Assembly: GCA_963727825.1 (NCBI GenBank)
Contig: CAVSHO010000010.1
Span: 1 to 64,000, forward strand
From: Ignavibacteriota bacterium
GTDB taxonomy: Bacteria; Bacteroidota; Ignavibacteria; UBA10030
Direction of reading: 5' to 3'
Length of the DNA stretch: 64,000 nucleotides
This document shows positions 19,482 through 30,045 of the stretch, one piece after another; position 1 is the stretch's first letter; the number at the start of each line of letters is the position of its first letter. The translations under genes and the position numbers were made by a program. Under the pieces are notes generated by a model, which saw only the letters and a program-made list of their open reading frames with translations, searched no databases and was not told where the DNA came from.

Positions 19482-20378
19482 CTATGCTTTGGGATGAGCA
19501 TCGTCATAAACTTTTTTCATCCGTGCTGATGACACATGTGTATAGACTTGTGTTGTCGATAAGCTTTCATGACCAAGCAATTCCTTGACAGCGCGCAAAT
19601 CGGCACCGTGATTTAACAAATGTGTTGCAAATGAATGCCGCAAGACGTGAGGACTTTTCTTTTCGATCTCTGAAACCATTCCAATATATTTCCGCACCAT
19701 TCTTCCAACTGCCTGGGGGTACATACGGCGTTCTGCTTTTATCATGAATAACGGACACTCGTTCAATTGGGCGATGGTTTTCGTTGATAATCCTTTTTCC
19801 ACTTTAAGATAATCGTCAATCGCTTCCAATGCTTTTTTGCCTATAGGAACAATGCGTTCTTTACGTCCTTTCCCTCTTACCTTGATAAGACCTTCTTCTT
19901 GCTTCAGATCGCCGACATTTAAGTTTATCAATTCGTTCAATCTAATACCAGTACTATAAAACAATTCTAAAATTGCTGCGTCTCTTCTTCCCTTTGCAGT
20001 GGTTCTATCGGGTAATAAAAGAAGTTTTTGAACTGACTCTTCATCTAAAAAAGATGGAAGCCGCTTTCCGATTTTCGGTGTAATCAATACCAATGCGGGA
20101 TTTCCATCAATTATTTTTTGACGCCAAAGATATTTAAAAAATGAACGCATCGATGCAATTTTTCGCGCAATGCTCCGCTGGCTGAATCCTTCGTCAAGTA
20201 ATGAGCCAATAAATGCTCTAAGTGATTCCTTGTGTACCTTATTAAATGAATCAATTCCCTCACGGCTGAGGAATTGAACCAAACTCAGCAAGTCCGTTTC
20301 GTACGACTGAATTGTATGGGCAGAGTAATTCCTTTCAATTTCCAAATATTCAAGGTAACTTCTAACTTTTTTTTCCAT
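19482..20378 (-). CDS. xerC: Tyrosine recombinase XerC
   Basis: FYSTGIR, PHVLRHSFATH and LLGHESLSTTQVY motifs; conserved topA-xerC-hpf context. Start refined from 20417. Confidence 0.9.
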   Translation of the reverse strand: MEKKVRSYLEYLEIERNYSAHTIQSYETDLLSLVQFLSREGIDSFNKVHKESLRAFIGSLLDEGFSQRSIARKIASMRSFFKYLWRQKIIDGNPALVLITPKIGKRLPSFLDEESVQKLLLLPDRTTAKGRRDAAILELFYSTGIRLNELINLNVGDLKQEEGLIKVRGKGRKERIVPIGKKALEAIDDYLKVEKGLSTKTIAQLNECPLFMIKAERRMYPQAVGRMVRKYIGMVSEIEKKSPHVLRHSFATHLLNHGADLRAVKELLGHESLSTTQVYTHVSSARMKKVYDDAHPKA

Positions 20379-20409
20379 AACCCCTTTTGTTGCCTTGCTA
20401 TCGCTTTCT

Positions 20410-22668
20410 TTAAGCAAAAGCGACCGCTTCTGCCTGATTAACTTCCTGTTTGCACGAGGGGCAAATTATATATTCACCTTTTGCCTGTGAATATTTTGCA
20501 ACGACATATTCATTCCCACAATAGGTACACGCTTGTGCTACCGGTCTATCCCATGATGCAAAATCACAATTCGGATACTTTGAACATCCATAAAAAGTCC
20601 GTTTCCCTTTTTTCGTTTTTCGTTCGATGAGTTCTCCCTCTTTGCACTTTGGACATTTTATGCCCATCGAAATCGGTTTTGTATTTTTACATGTTGGATA
20701 ATTTGAGCATCCTAAAAATGTTCCGAATCGCCCGCCCTTAACCAGCATATCTCCTCCACACAATTCACACTTACCACCAACGATATGCTGTGTTTTCTCT
20801 GCATCTCCCGGAAGCGGCTTCGTATTCTTACAGCCGGGGTAACCTGTGCAGGCCATAAATTTTCCATTACGCCCCCACTTTATCACCATCGGTTTTCCAC
20901 ATAACTCGCATACGTCTTCAGTTTTTTCCTGCAAAGATTTCTTAATTGTTGTTGCCAACCCTGAGGCTTTTTCCACCGCTTGGTGAAAAGGCCCATAAAA
21001 ATCCTTCATAACATCTAAATATTCCTGCTTACCAGAAGCGATCGTGTCCAATTCCTCTTCCATCTTTGCTGTGAACTTCACATTAAAGATTTCAGGAAAA
21101 TGACTGATCAACAGTTTATTCACTTGCATGCCAAGATCTGATGCATAGAGCTTTCGTTCTTTTTGTTCAACATATTTTCGATCAATAACTGTAGTTACGA
21201 TCATAGCATACGTACTTGGACGGCCGATACCTAGCGATTCTAATTCTTTTACCAAAGTGGCTTCTGAATATCGACCGGGCGGTTTTGTAAAATGCTGCAG
21301 TGGAAGAAGATCCGTAAGTTGCGTAGCTTGACCATTCGCCAGATTAACTGGAAGCTTAGACGTAGGATCAGTATCTCCTTGTTCCCCCGTGTTTTCTTCT
21401 TCTATATCGTCATATACTTGTAGAAAACCACGAAATGTTGGAAGTTGATCGCTCGCTCTAAACAAGTAATCTCCGCCTATCACCTCGACTGTAATCTGTT
21501 CGAACTCTGCAACCGCCATCTGGCATGCAATGAAGCGATTCCAAATAAGTTCGTACAACGCAAACATATCCTTATCCAGATATTTCTTCACAACCTTAGG
21601 CGTCAGCTTAATAGAGGTTGGCCGTATAGCTTCATGTGCATCTTGTGATGCTTTGCCTTTCTTAAAGAGGCGGGGTTCTTTCGGCAAGTATTCCTTGCCG
21701 TAATTGTTATAGATATATTCACGTACATGTGCTACAGCTTCCGAGCTTAATCGTGTCGAGTCTGTACGCATATAAGTAATCAGTCCTGTCAGCCCTTCCT
21801 CACCTATTTCCTGGCCTTCATATAACTTTTGCGCCAGCATCATCGTCCGCTTAGCAGACATGCGAAGGCGCTTTGCAGCTTCTTGCTGCAACGTACTTGT
21901 AATGAATGGTGCAGGTGGATTTCGTTTTACCGGTTTTCGAGTAACATTGCTGATTTCGTACTTCTGTTTCCGAACATCAGCCATGTAGCCGTTAGACGTT
22001 GTTTCATCTGGTATGCGTGGATCATCACCTGCAACTTTTACAAGTTTAGCAAGAAATTTGTCATCATGCTGTGTTGTGAATTCAGCTGTCAGCGACCAAT
22101 ATTCTTGAGGTAAAAATTTTTGGATCACTGCTTCGCGTTCACAAATCAACCGCAATGCCACTGATTGCACTCGTCCAGCCGAAAGTCCATAGTACATCGT
22201 CTTCCAAATGAAAGGTGTTACTTTGTAACCCACAATTCTGTCCATCGCTCGCCGTGCTTGCTGCGACATCACCATGCACATATCGACTTTTTTAGGATGC
22301 GCCATGCCTTCTTTGACGCCAGTCTCGGTAATTTCGTGAAAGAGCACACGTTTAATATGTTTATTGTCATTTTTCACTTCTTCAGCAATATGTGCCGCTA
22401 TTGCTTCACCTTCGCGATCTGGGTCAGTTGCGATAAAGACGGCTTTCGCTTTCGCAGCTTTTTCTTTTATACGCTCAACAACATCTTCTTTCCCTGCGAT
22501 AGTTTCATACACAACAGAAAAATCATTATCGATGTCGACACTCAATTTGCTCTTAGGAAGATTTTTTATGTGTCCAACCGATGCTTCAACAAAATATTCC
22601 TTCCCTAAATATTTGTTAATCGTTTTTGCTTTTGCAGGTGATTCAACAATAATAAGAGATTTTTCCAT
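20410..22668 (-). CDS. topA: DNA topoisomerase I
   Basis: IVESPAKAKTI, ATDPDREGE, SAGRVQS, ITYMRTDS and C-terminal zinc ribbons. Confidence 0.98.
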   Translation of the reverse strand: MEKSLIIVESPAKAKTINKYLGKEYFVEASVGHIKNLPKSKLSVDIDNDFSVVYETIAGKEDVVERIKEKAAKAKAVFIATDPDREGEAIAAHIAEEVKNDNKHIKRVLFHEITETGVKEGMAHPKKVDMCMVMSQQARRAMDRIVGYKVTPFIWKTMYYGLSAGRVQSVALRLICEREAVIQKFLPQEYWSLTAEFTTQHDDKFLAKLVKVAGDDPRIPDETTSNGYMADVRKQKYEISNVTRKPVKRNPPAPFITSTLQQEAAKRLRMSAKRTMMLAQKLYEGQEIGEEGLTGLITYMRTDSTRLSSEAVAHVREYIYNNYGKEYLPKEPRLFKKGKASQDAHEAIRPTSIKLTPKVVKKYLDKDMFALYELIWNRFIACQMAVAEFEQITVEVIGGDYLFRASDQLPTFRGFLQVYDDIEEENTGEQGDTDPTSKLPVNLANGQATQLTDLLPLQHFTKPPGRYSEATLVKELESLGIGRPSTYAMIVTTVIDRKYVEQKERKLYASDLGMQVNKLLISHFPEIFNVKFTAKMEEELDTIASGKQEYLDVMKDFYGPFHQAVEKASGLATTIKKSLQEKTEDVCELCGKPMVIKWGRNGKFMACTGYPGCKNTKPLPGDAEKTQHIVGGKCELCGGDMLVKGGRFGTFLGCSNYPTCKNTKPISMGIKCPKCKEGELIERKTKKGKRTFYGCSKYPNCDFASWDRPVAQACTYCGNEYVVAKYSQAKGEYIICPSCKQEVNQAEAVAFA

Positions 22669-22680
22669 ACGACCTATTCT

Positions 22681-23127
22681 TCAGTGAATTGTATCATTAG
22701 TACCAAGTGAAATCTGTCCGTTGTCGCTTTCCGCGTTAAATAGATATCCTGCAACAAAGGATTTCATTTCTGGTAAACCGACGATTGAAAATCCCGCCAT
22801 CATAATCCGTTCGATGATGGTCTCAACATCTGCATTTTTAAGAAGTCCAAGTTGTTGACACTGAATCAAATATCCATATGCCTGCATTCCTACGACCATT
22901 TTCTCGGTATCATTTAATATGCGGTGAGATGAGTTCGCTGCGCTGGTTACATCCGTGATTGGCTTTCCTGCAGAAAGCCGCTCAAGCAACCAAGAGAATG
23001 CAGATGATATTTCACTTTGGGTATATCCATCGCGCGTTAGAGATGATACATCCACGTCATTGAGGCGCTTATTGGAATGCAGTTCGTTGACTAGAAAAAG
23101 GATTATTTCTACGACTCGTTCTTGCAT
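22681..23127 (-). CDS. smg: Smg/DUF494 family protein
   Basis: GYTQSEISSAFSWL and ETIIERIM motifs; position upstream of topA. Confidence 0.8.
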   Translation of the reverse strand: MQERVVEIILFLVNELHSNKRLNDVDVSSLTRDGYTQSEISSAFSWLLERLSAGKPITDVTSAANSSHRILNDTEKMVVGMQAYGYLIQCQQLGLLKNADVETIIERIMMAGFSIVGLPEMKSFVAGYLFNAESDNGQISLGTNDTIH

Positions 23128-23132
23128 GGGTA

Positions 23133-23570
23133 TTATAACCCTGCCTTTCGATTTATCAATGTTAAGTAGAATTCTTCGCGCGCATTCATCATATTTTGTT
23201 TCCGTTTTGTTTTATCATCGTATCCAAGTAAATGAAGCGCACCATGAATCAACAGCCGCTGCACTTCTTGCGTATATGTAACATTATATCTTTTCGCTTG
23301 GTTTCTTGCAGCATCAAGATTGATATAAATTTCTGCTTCAACACCCCCGTCCTTACCCAGCGGAAATACGATTACATCTGTGATGTAATCATGTGCAAGG
23401 AATTCCCTATTGATCTTGCGGATAAAACTGCTGGATGTACAAATTACTGCAAGTGCCGAGATTTTTTTCCCTTCTTCTTTATAAACAATATTTAATGTGC
23501 GTAAAACTTCCTTGCTGGGAAACCGCAGATGAGGATGGTTAGTTGAAAGAAGAATCATTCGTGTTGTCAT
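23133..23570 (-). CDS. ybeY: rRNA maturation RNase YbeY
   Basis: TDVIVF and LIHGALHLLGYDD motifs. Confidence 0.93.
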   Translation of the reverse strand: MTTRMILLSTNHPHLRFPSKEVLRTLNIVYKEEGKKISALAVICTSSSFIRKINREFLAHDYITDVIVFPLGKDGGVEAEIYINLDAARNQAKRYNVTYTQEVQRLLIHGALHLLGYDDKTKRKQNMMNAREEFYLTLINRKAGL

Positions 23571-24055
23571 CTACGCTTCAGACTCCTTCCCCGCACCTGT
23601 AACACATTTTTCTTTTGACTGGTGGGTGGAAGAATCGATTCGGTTAATGACAATGCAATACCAGAAAGCATTACTTCGGGACCTAATTTTGTAAAATCAC
23701 CAGATAGAATATTCCGATCAACATTTGCATACAGCGAACATCCACCTTCGCGCTCAATCGTTAATCCGGAAAGTTTCCCATCTGATTCACCGATAAATGT
23801 AATTTCTCCCAACATCTTGCTGACAACATATCCTGTACAGAAATGCAGCTGAAGATGCGCAGTTGGCGTATAGACAGAAATAAGATTTCCTTTCCGATTT
23901 CCGATGTCGATGTCAGAATATATTTCGACGGCCAACCTGCGTCGTTGTTCTTTGTTTTCAATTTCGAAGCGAACATTCGCGCCTAATCGCTTCGGTCTAA
24001 TTTCCAGTACTTGCGCAAGCTTCGCAATATCTTCATTTTTAAATTTGAATTTCAT
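23567..24055 (-). CDS. Hypothetical protein with a basic C-terminal tail
   Basis: 162-aa ORF whose stop overlaps the ybeY start (ATGA); no family recognised. Confidence 0.75.
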   Translation of the reverse strand: MKFKFKNEDIAKLAQVLEIRPKRLGANVRFEIENKEQRRRLAVEIYSDIDIGNRKGNLISVYTPTAHLQLHFCTGYVVSKMLGEITFIGESDGKLSGLTIEREGGCSLYANVDRNILSGDFTKLGPEVMLSGIALSLTESILPPTSQKKNVLQVRGRSLKRR

Positions 24056-24166
24056 TCCTATTCTGCCAAATAAATTATTTTTCCAATAATTGTTTATTCA
24101 TCTTCAAACACATTTTTCAGAAATCAATCCACGCCAATATACATTCCACATGAGTGAATGTCAAGT

Positions 24167-25066
24167 TTAGATGACAATCGTTGTATTTTCAATAGCCGCT
24201 TCACACTCAAACTTGTATCCCCGTATTCGAATTTCTTTCTTGCACTTTTTCAATATATCGTCAACTTTTTCATCGCTATGATTCTGTTCATGGTGAAAAA
24301 GATATAAGCGCCGTACGTTTGCTTCAGCCGCTAATCTTAATGCAAATAAATAATCAGAATGCCCCCAGCCAACTCGATCAATATACTCTTCAGGCGTATA
24401 GGTCGTGTCGTGGATTAGTACATCTGCACCACGACAAAAATCGAAAATTCTTTGATTCGGATCACCAGTACCTGTCATAAATTTTTCCTTAACCTTAGAT
24501 TCGAAATTACTCATTGTACCAGCGGATGCCTTATCAAATGGCTCGTTGTCGCTGATATAGATTAATGACTTTCCCTTATAATCAACGCGGTACCCAAGCG
24601 CAAATCCGGGATGATTCACATAAATCATCTTCACTATAGCATCATAAACTTTCATTTCCCCTTCTTCTGTAATTGGAACGAATTTAATCTTTGCTTTAAG
24701 ATCATGAAGCTGCACAGGAAAATAAATACGGTTCATTTGTTCTGAAATAATTTCGCTCAACGGTTTCTCCGGACGATCTGTTCCAACAATGGTTAGTTCA
24801 TTTCCAGGACTGAATGCCGGTTTGAAAAAAGGAAATCCCTGAATATGATCCCAATGCGGATGCGAGATGAAAAGATGCGCTTTGACAGATTCTCCGTTGT
24901 TGATGAGATAGTCACCGAAACTTCGAATACCTGTGCCAGCATCAAAAATAATCAGCCGATCATCATCAAGACGAAGTTCTAAGCAAGGTGTGTTTCCACC
25001 ATAGCGAACCGTTTGTTTGCCAGGAGTTGGAATTGAACCGCGAACGCCCCAAAATGTGAGTTTCAT
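24167..25066 (-). CDS. MBL-fold metallo-hydrolase (phosphodiesterase-like)
   Basis: MKLTFWGVRGSIPTPG, YGGNTPC, SHPHWDHIQG, GWGHS and LFHH motifs. Start refined from 25117. Confidence 0.9.
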   Translation of the reverse strand: MKLTFWGVRGSIPTPGKQTVRYGGNTPCLELRLDDDRLIIFDAGTGIRSFGDYLINNGESVKAHLFISHPHWDHIQGFPFFKPAFSPGNELTIVGTDRPEKPLSEIISEQMNRIYFPVQLHDLKAKIKFVPITEEGEMKVYDAIVKMIYVNHPGFALGYRVDYKGKSLIYISDNEPFDKASAGTMSNFESKVKEKFMTGTGDPNQRIFDFCRGADVLIHDTTYTPEEYIDRVGWGHSDYLFALRLAAEANVRRLYLFHHEQNHSDEKVDDILKKCKKEIRIRGYKFECEAAIENTTIVI

Positions 25067-25085
25067 AACATTTCTCTTCGATTGT

Positions 25086-25598
25086 TCATGATTGGTATGC
25101 CTGAACATAATCAACATAATTCGCTGCTGACTGACATATAAATTGCTTTTCTTCTTCCGTTAAAGTGCGTTTTACTTTAGCAGGAATTCCCGCCACAAGC
25201 GTCCCTTCCGGCACATCGAATCCTTCCAATACAATTGCTCCAGCTGCTATCATAGAATTCTGATGAACATGCGCCCTATCCAACACAATAGCGCCCATTC
25301 CGATCAAACAATAATCGTCAATTGTACATCCATGTAGAACGGCATTATGTCCGATAGTAACATTGGAGCCGATATTCAATGGCGCAGTTTTCGATGTAAC
25401 ATGCAAAACCGAATTGTCTTGAATATTTGTACGTGAACCGATGTGAATAAAATTTACATCAGCACGAATTACAGCGTTAAACCATATACTGCTATTTTCA
25501 CCAATTTTCACATCACCAATAATCTTTGCACCATCCGCTACAAATACTGATGCATGCAATGCCGGTATCTGATCATTATATGGAATTATTCCTGTCAT
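25086..25598 (-). CDS. Gamma carbonic anhydrase family (YrdA-like) protein
   Basis: Hexapeptide repeats, NIQDNSVLH and GHNAVLHGC. Start refined from 25628. Confidence 0.92.
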   Translation of the reverse strand: MTGIIPYNDQIPALHASVFVADGAKIIGDVKIGENSSIWFNAVIRADVNFIHIGSRTNIQDNSVLHVTSKTAPLNIGSNVTIGHNAVLHGCTIDDYCLIGMGAIVLDRAHVHQNSMIAAGAIVLEGFDVPEGTLVAGIPAKVKRTLTEEEKQFICQSAANYVDYVQAYQS

Positions 25599-25600
25599 TT

Positions 25601-26461
25601 TTATTTTGCAGCTTTTGGCGGTATCCAATTATCTCGTTTCCAGTTTTTAAGTTCTACTTTTATGCTTCCCAGTATAACCTTCAATCGTGCCGTAATTGGA
25701 ATGCCCGCGACATCATTGCTGAAAACTCCATTGAATCCACCCGTTAAACCGAATACCCCAACAAAGTTCGCCACTCCCTCTAACTTCATAACATCAATTG
25801 GATAATTAACTGCATCAATTTCTTCATTTAAATGTTCGACACCAAAATTGATATTAGTTGTTACTTCATTTGTATCAACAAATGTTGGATTTTTTGTCTG
25901 CCTTTTCTCGCAAGCGTGCGCGCGTGCATAATAGAAAAGCGATAATCCATCTTGGCAATTATTAGTGATATTAATAGTACGTTCGTCGTTTTTTCTATAT
26001 TCGCCCGTTCTAAGTTTTTCTCCCCTTTCGTAGTACATTTTATGTTTTTCGTAATCGAAGTGCATTTTTCGATATGTTATTATTTCTCCTGTGCTGTCTT
26101 CACTTAACCAATCATAAGTGAATGCATCCTGATCCATTTCAGTGTAAAATCGGACATGTAGATTAACCAACCAACTTAACGATGGATTGGAATCCATCAT
26201 TGAATAAGCATGATAAATCACTCTTCCGTTCCGTTCTTCTTTATTAGTCACTTTAAAATGAATTGTTCCAATACTGAAGAAAGAATAGTGAATGCTATAT
26301 TCTAATTCTTCGCCAACTTGCAGCATTCCTTCATTCTGCTGCACTGGCTCCGAATCCTGATTTGAAGATCGAGAGACAAGTCTTTCTGTATGAAGAATGG
26401 ACCCCATCGCTATCTGTAAAGAAAATATTGATGCAATAACTAATGGAATAAATAACCGCAA
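25601..26461 (-). CDS. DUF3108 family secreted protein
   Basis: Signal peptide, GEELEYSIHY, QDGLSLFYYAR and GSIKVEL motifs. Confidence 0.8.
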   Translation of the reverse strand: MRLFIPLVIASIFSLQIAMGSILHTERLVSRSSNQDSEPVQQNEGMLQVGEELEYSIHYSFFSIGTIHFKVTNKEERNGRVIYHAYSMMDSNPSLSWLVNLHVRFYTEMDQDAFTYDWLSEDSTGEIITYRKMHFDYEKHKMYYERGEKLRTGEYRKNDERTINITNNCQDGLSLFYYARAHACEKRQTKNPTFVDTNEVTTNINFGVEHLNEEIDAVNYPIDVMKLEGVANFVGVFGLTGGFNGVFSNDVAGIPITARLKVILGSIKVELKNWKRDNWIPPKAAK

Positions 26462-26486
26462 TTTTTACATTCTCCTAAATTGTTCT

Positions 26487-28181
26487 TTAATTCAATTTGG
26501 CAATTTTTTCTGCCTCAGGGAAAAGAGTCAAGGCTTTCTGAATTTGATTATCAACACCGACCATTACACCAATGTATCCTTCTAAGCCGAAGATCATTTG
26601 TGCAATTTGCGCTTTGAGGCGAGCTTTCAGGAAATCGAGATCTTTTGAATATTCTTTTTCATCAATTTTGACTTCTTTGGCCTCGATGAACTTTCGAAAG
26701 TCTGTCATGAGTTCATTCGATATTGCATATTTCGATTTATAATCCTCATAATTCTTGCCGTACTTTGCTCGAAGAACAAACCCTGGACCTTCCATGTAAT
26801 TTTTACAGAAATCATAAAAAAGATTTCTCCGCCAAACAGTCTGCACTAACCCTGTAACCTTCTCAGATTTGACAATATAGTCAGGAGTGATGCCGCCTCC
26901 CCCAAGTACTGTGCGACCTCCACCGGTTTTAAAAATGGGGATAGTCGTGTCCGGTTTTGTGTTATGAGTTTGCTCAAGGCTGTCATCTTCTTGCCCATTA
27001 TGTTGGGATTCTTTTGTCGACTTTGCATCATTCTTATGCTCAAGATTATCGCCTTCTTGTTCATCACGCTGGAATGCTTCCAGTTGGTACTCATCTTTGT
27101 CTTTTCCTTGATATGATCGCTGAATCAGACGTCCGCTTGGTGTATAATACCTTGCGATGGTTAATCGAAATGCCGAACCATCCCGTAATTCCCACTGACG
27201 TTGTACTAATCCTTTCCCAAATGATGTTTCACCGACAATCAATCCACGATCCCAATCTTGAATAGCGCCGGCTACAATTTCACTTGCACTTGCAGATGCA
27301 TTATTGATAAGAACAATAAGCGGAAGTTTTTCATAAGGATCTCCGCTTTTTGCAGTGTACGATTCTTCAAATTCTGGTTTTCGTGATTTTGTATAAACAA
27401 TTTTGTGCGGTTTATCGACAGGCCCTGCATCGAGAAATTGGTCTGCCATGCGAACTGCTTCTTCTAAATATCCTCCGCCATTATCACGCAAATCCAAAAT
27501 CAACTTGCTCATGCCTTCAGTTTTGAGCGTTTGCAATGCCTTCTCCATCTCCGTATGCGTCGTTTCTTTAAACTGATTCACACGGATGTAGCCGATATCT
27601 TTGGTAATCATCAGTGTTGCGTCAATACTTGTAATAGCAATTTCATCTCGTATAATGACAAACTCAAGAATTTCTTTTACACTTGGACGAACTATAGAGA
27701 TTTTAACTCTCGTTCCCTTCGGTCCACGAAGCGTATGCATCACTTGCTCGTCTGTCCATTTAATAGAAGATGTGTCGTTAATTTTGACGATGCGGTCATT
27801 GGAAAGCACGCCCATTCGTGCTGATGGTCCTCCTGCGACTGGTTCAACTACTGTAATTGTGTCGTTCAGTACACGAAATGAAATTCCGACTCCTTCGAAT
27901 TTGCCCTTGAAGTCCTCCTTCACTTTTTCAAGTTGTTTAGGCGGAATATAGACTGAATGCGGGTCAAGCGTATTAAGCATTCCAACAATCGCTGCTTCTG
28001 TCAACTTTCCGGTATCGACATCATCAACATATGACTTCTCCGCTGCGCTTAGAACATCGCCAAATTTCTTAATCTGCTCATAAATATTATCGGCAGAAAT
28101 CAGATTATTGATTTCCATACCGGCAAAAATGCTAACAACAACCAGTGCCGCAGTTGTGACTAAAGAAAACCTCTTTTTCAT
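26487..28181 (-). CDS. S41 family C-terminal processing protease (CtpA/Prc)
   Basis: LDPHS, a PDZ domain, DLRDNGGG, SASASEIVAG and GKGLVQ. Start refined from 28241. Confidence 0.95.
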   Translation of the reverse strand: MKKRFSLVTTAALVVVSIFAGMEINNLISADNIYEQIKKFGDVLSAAEKSYVDDVDTGKLTEAAIVGMLNTLDPHSVYIPPKQLEKVKEDFKGKFEGVGISFRVLNDTITVVEPVAGGPSARMGVLSNDRIVKINDTSSIKWTDEQVMHTLRGPKGTRVKISIVRPSVKEILEFVIIRDEIAITSIDATLMITKDIGYIRVNQFKETTHTEMEKALQTLKTEGMSKLILDLRDNGGGYLEEAVRMADQFLDAGPVDKPHKIVYTKSRKPEFEESYTAKSGDPYEKLPLIVLINNASASASEIVAGAIQDWDRGLIVGETSFGKGLVQRQWELRDGSAFRLTIARYYTPSGRLIQRSYQGKDKDEYQLEAFQRDEQEGDNLEHKNDAKSTKESQHNGQEDDSLEQTHNTKPDTTIPIFKTGGGRTVLGGGGITPDYIVKSEKVTGLVQTVWRRNLFYDFCKNYMEGPGFVLRAKYGKNYEDYKSKYAISNELMTDFRKFIEAKEVKIDEKEYSKDLDFLKARLKAQIAQMIFGLEGYIGVMVGVDNQIQKALTLFPEAEKIAKLN

Positions 28182-28468
28182 TACATTCTTCCTTATTGAT
28201 GGCAACATCATATATTGAATATATTTTCTTTGATCCGACATCTTATACGTACAATCGATTACTATGACAAGATACGTGAAATCAGCGGAAAATCAAAGAT
28301 GGTCTAAACCGCGATTCTTTCTAAAATACGGATACACCTCTTAAGAGTTACTGAAATGCTAACAATTCTCTTTCAGATATGAGTTCCGAAGAAACTGAAT
28401 ACGGTTGTATAAATTGTTAAGTAATAGAGCCTTCCCTGTTATTATCCGTGAATGTCTTCCTGCAAGCA

Positions 28469-30004
28469 TTACTCTGGTTTCATTTGAGGAAAGAAAATAA
28501 CATCCCTTATTGAGTCTTGATTCGACATTAACATAGCGAGTCGATCGATGCCAATACCCAGACCAGTTGTCGGCGGCATGCCATATTCAAGCGCCCGAAG
28601 GAAATCTTCATCCAGTACCTGCGCCTCCTCGTCTCCACGAGCACGTAGTTTCATTTGCTCTTCAAATCGAGCTCGCTGGTCAATTGGATCATTCAATTCC
28701 GAAAATGCATTGCATAACTCTTTTCCATTAACAATAGCTTCAAAACGCTCTACTAATCCAGGTTCTGATCTATGCTTCTTTGCAAGCGGCGACATTTCAA
28801 GCGGATAATCTGTAATGAATATCGGTTGAATCAAATGCGGCTCAACTCTCTCACTAAAAATTTCATCAATGATACCGCCCACACCCATATTGGGTTCTAT
28901 TTCAATGTGCAACTCTTTCGCAATAGTCCGCAGTTCATTCTCATCCTTTTCTCTCAAATCCTTACCGGCGTATTCTTTAATGGCATCGAACATTGTAATT
29001 CGTTTCCAGGGCGGAGTAAAATTAATTTCTTGATTTCCTAATTTCACAATAGGTACTTCATTAAGTGTAATCGTTATGTTCGAGACAAGTTCTTCTACTA
29101 AATTCATCATCCACCGGTAGTCGTGGAATGCAACATAGAGTTCCATCATCGTGAATTCCGGATTGTGTGTCTTATCCATTCCTTCGTTACGGAAGTCCTT
29201 TGAGATTTCGTACACACCATCATAGCCACCGACAATTAATCGCTTCAGATAAAGTTCGTCTGCTATGCGCATATAAAGTTTCATATCCATCGCATTATGG
29301 TGCGTCATAAACGGCCTCGCTGATGCACCACCATAAATTGGCTGGAGTACGGGTGTCTCCACTTCCAAATATCCACGCTCATCCAAGAATTTCCGAATGG
29401 CACTAATCATTTTAGACCGCTTTATAAAAACTTGCCGCACATCCTGATTAACAACAAGATCAAGATACCTTTGACGATAGCGTAACTCTTTATCGGAAAA
29501 AGGATCATAGATGGTTTTGTTTCCTTGCTCATCCACTTTTTCTTTTGCAATTGGAAGCGGTCTCAACGATTTTGATAGAATAACAAGTTCTGACCCGTGT
29601 ATAGAAATTTCTCCCATCTTTGTCCTAAAAACAAAACCTTTAACACCAATGATGTCGCCAATATCCATTAGTTTAAAAGCATCGTATGATGAACCGATAT
29701 CGTCACGTCTTAAATAAATCTGTATCCGCCCTTGCGAATCTTGAATATGACAGAACGAAGCTTTGCCCATCCTGCGGATAGACATAATTCTACCGGCAAT
29801 CGATACTATGCGCCGTGGTGCATCATCTTTAAAATGATTGATGATTTCCTTAGAAAATGCATCTCGCATAAATTCATATGGATATGAATTTATGCCAAGC
29901 TTAGTCAGTTGTTCTAATTCTTCCCGTCGGCGCAACATAAGGACATTAATATCTTCATGTTCTTGTTCAGTAGAATGAGGTTTTTTGTCTTCAATCATAA
30001 TCAA
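28469..30004 (-). CDS. lysS: Lysine--tRNA ligase (class II)
   Basis: [19 protein letters not shown] and [16 protein letters not shown] motifs. Confidence 0.98.
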   Translation of the reverse strand: MIMIEDKKPHSTEQEHEDINVLMLRRREELEQLTKLGINSYPYEFMRDAFSKEIINHFKDDAPRRIVSIAGRIMSIRRMGKASFCHIQDSQGRIQIYLRRDDIGSSYDAFKLMDIGDIIGVKGFVFRTKMGEISIHGSELVILSKSLRPLPIAKEKVDEQGNKTIYDPFSDKELRYRQRYLDLVVNQDVRQVFIKRSKMISAIRKFLDERGYLEVETPVLQPIYGGASARPFMTHHNAMDMKLYMRIADELYLKRLIVGGYDGVYEISKDFRNEGMDKTHNPEFTMMELYVAFHDYRWMMNLVEELVSNITITLNEVPIVKLGNQEINFTPPWKRITMFDAIKEYAGKDLREKDENELRTIAKELHIEIEPNMGVGGIIDEIFSERVEPHLIQPIFITDYPLEMSPLAKKHRSEPGLVERFEAIVNGKELCNAFSELNDPIDQRARFEEQMKLRARGDEEAQVLDEDFLRALEYGMPPTTGLGIGIDRLAMLMSNQDSIRDVIFFPQMKPE

Positions 30005-30045
30005 TTCCGATAATCAAAAGTGTTCAATTCAAAATTATTTTTTTT

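Noticed and set aside
19482-20378. Tyrosine recombinase as an integron or phage integrase
   Set aside because: Its size, motifs and topA-xerC-hpf context fit housekeeping XerC. No IntI-specific insertion or att site is adjacent.
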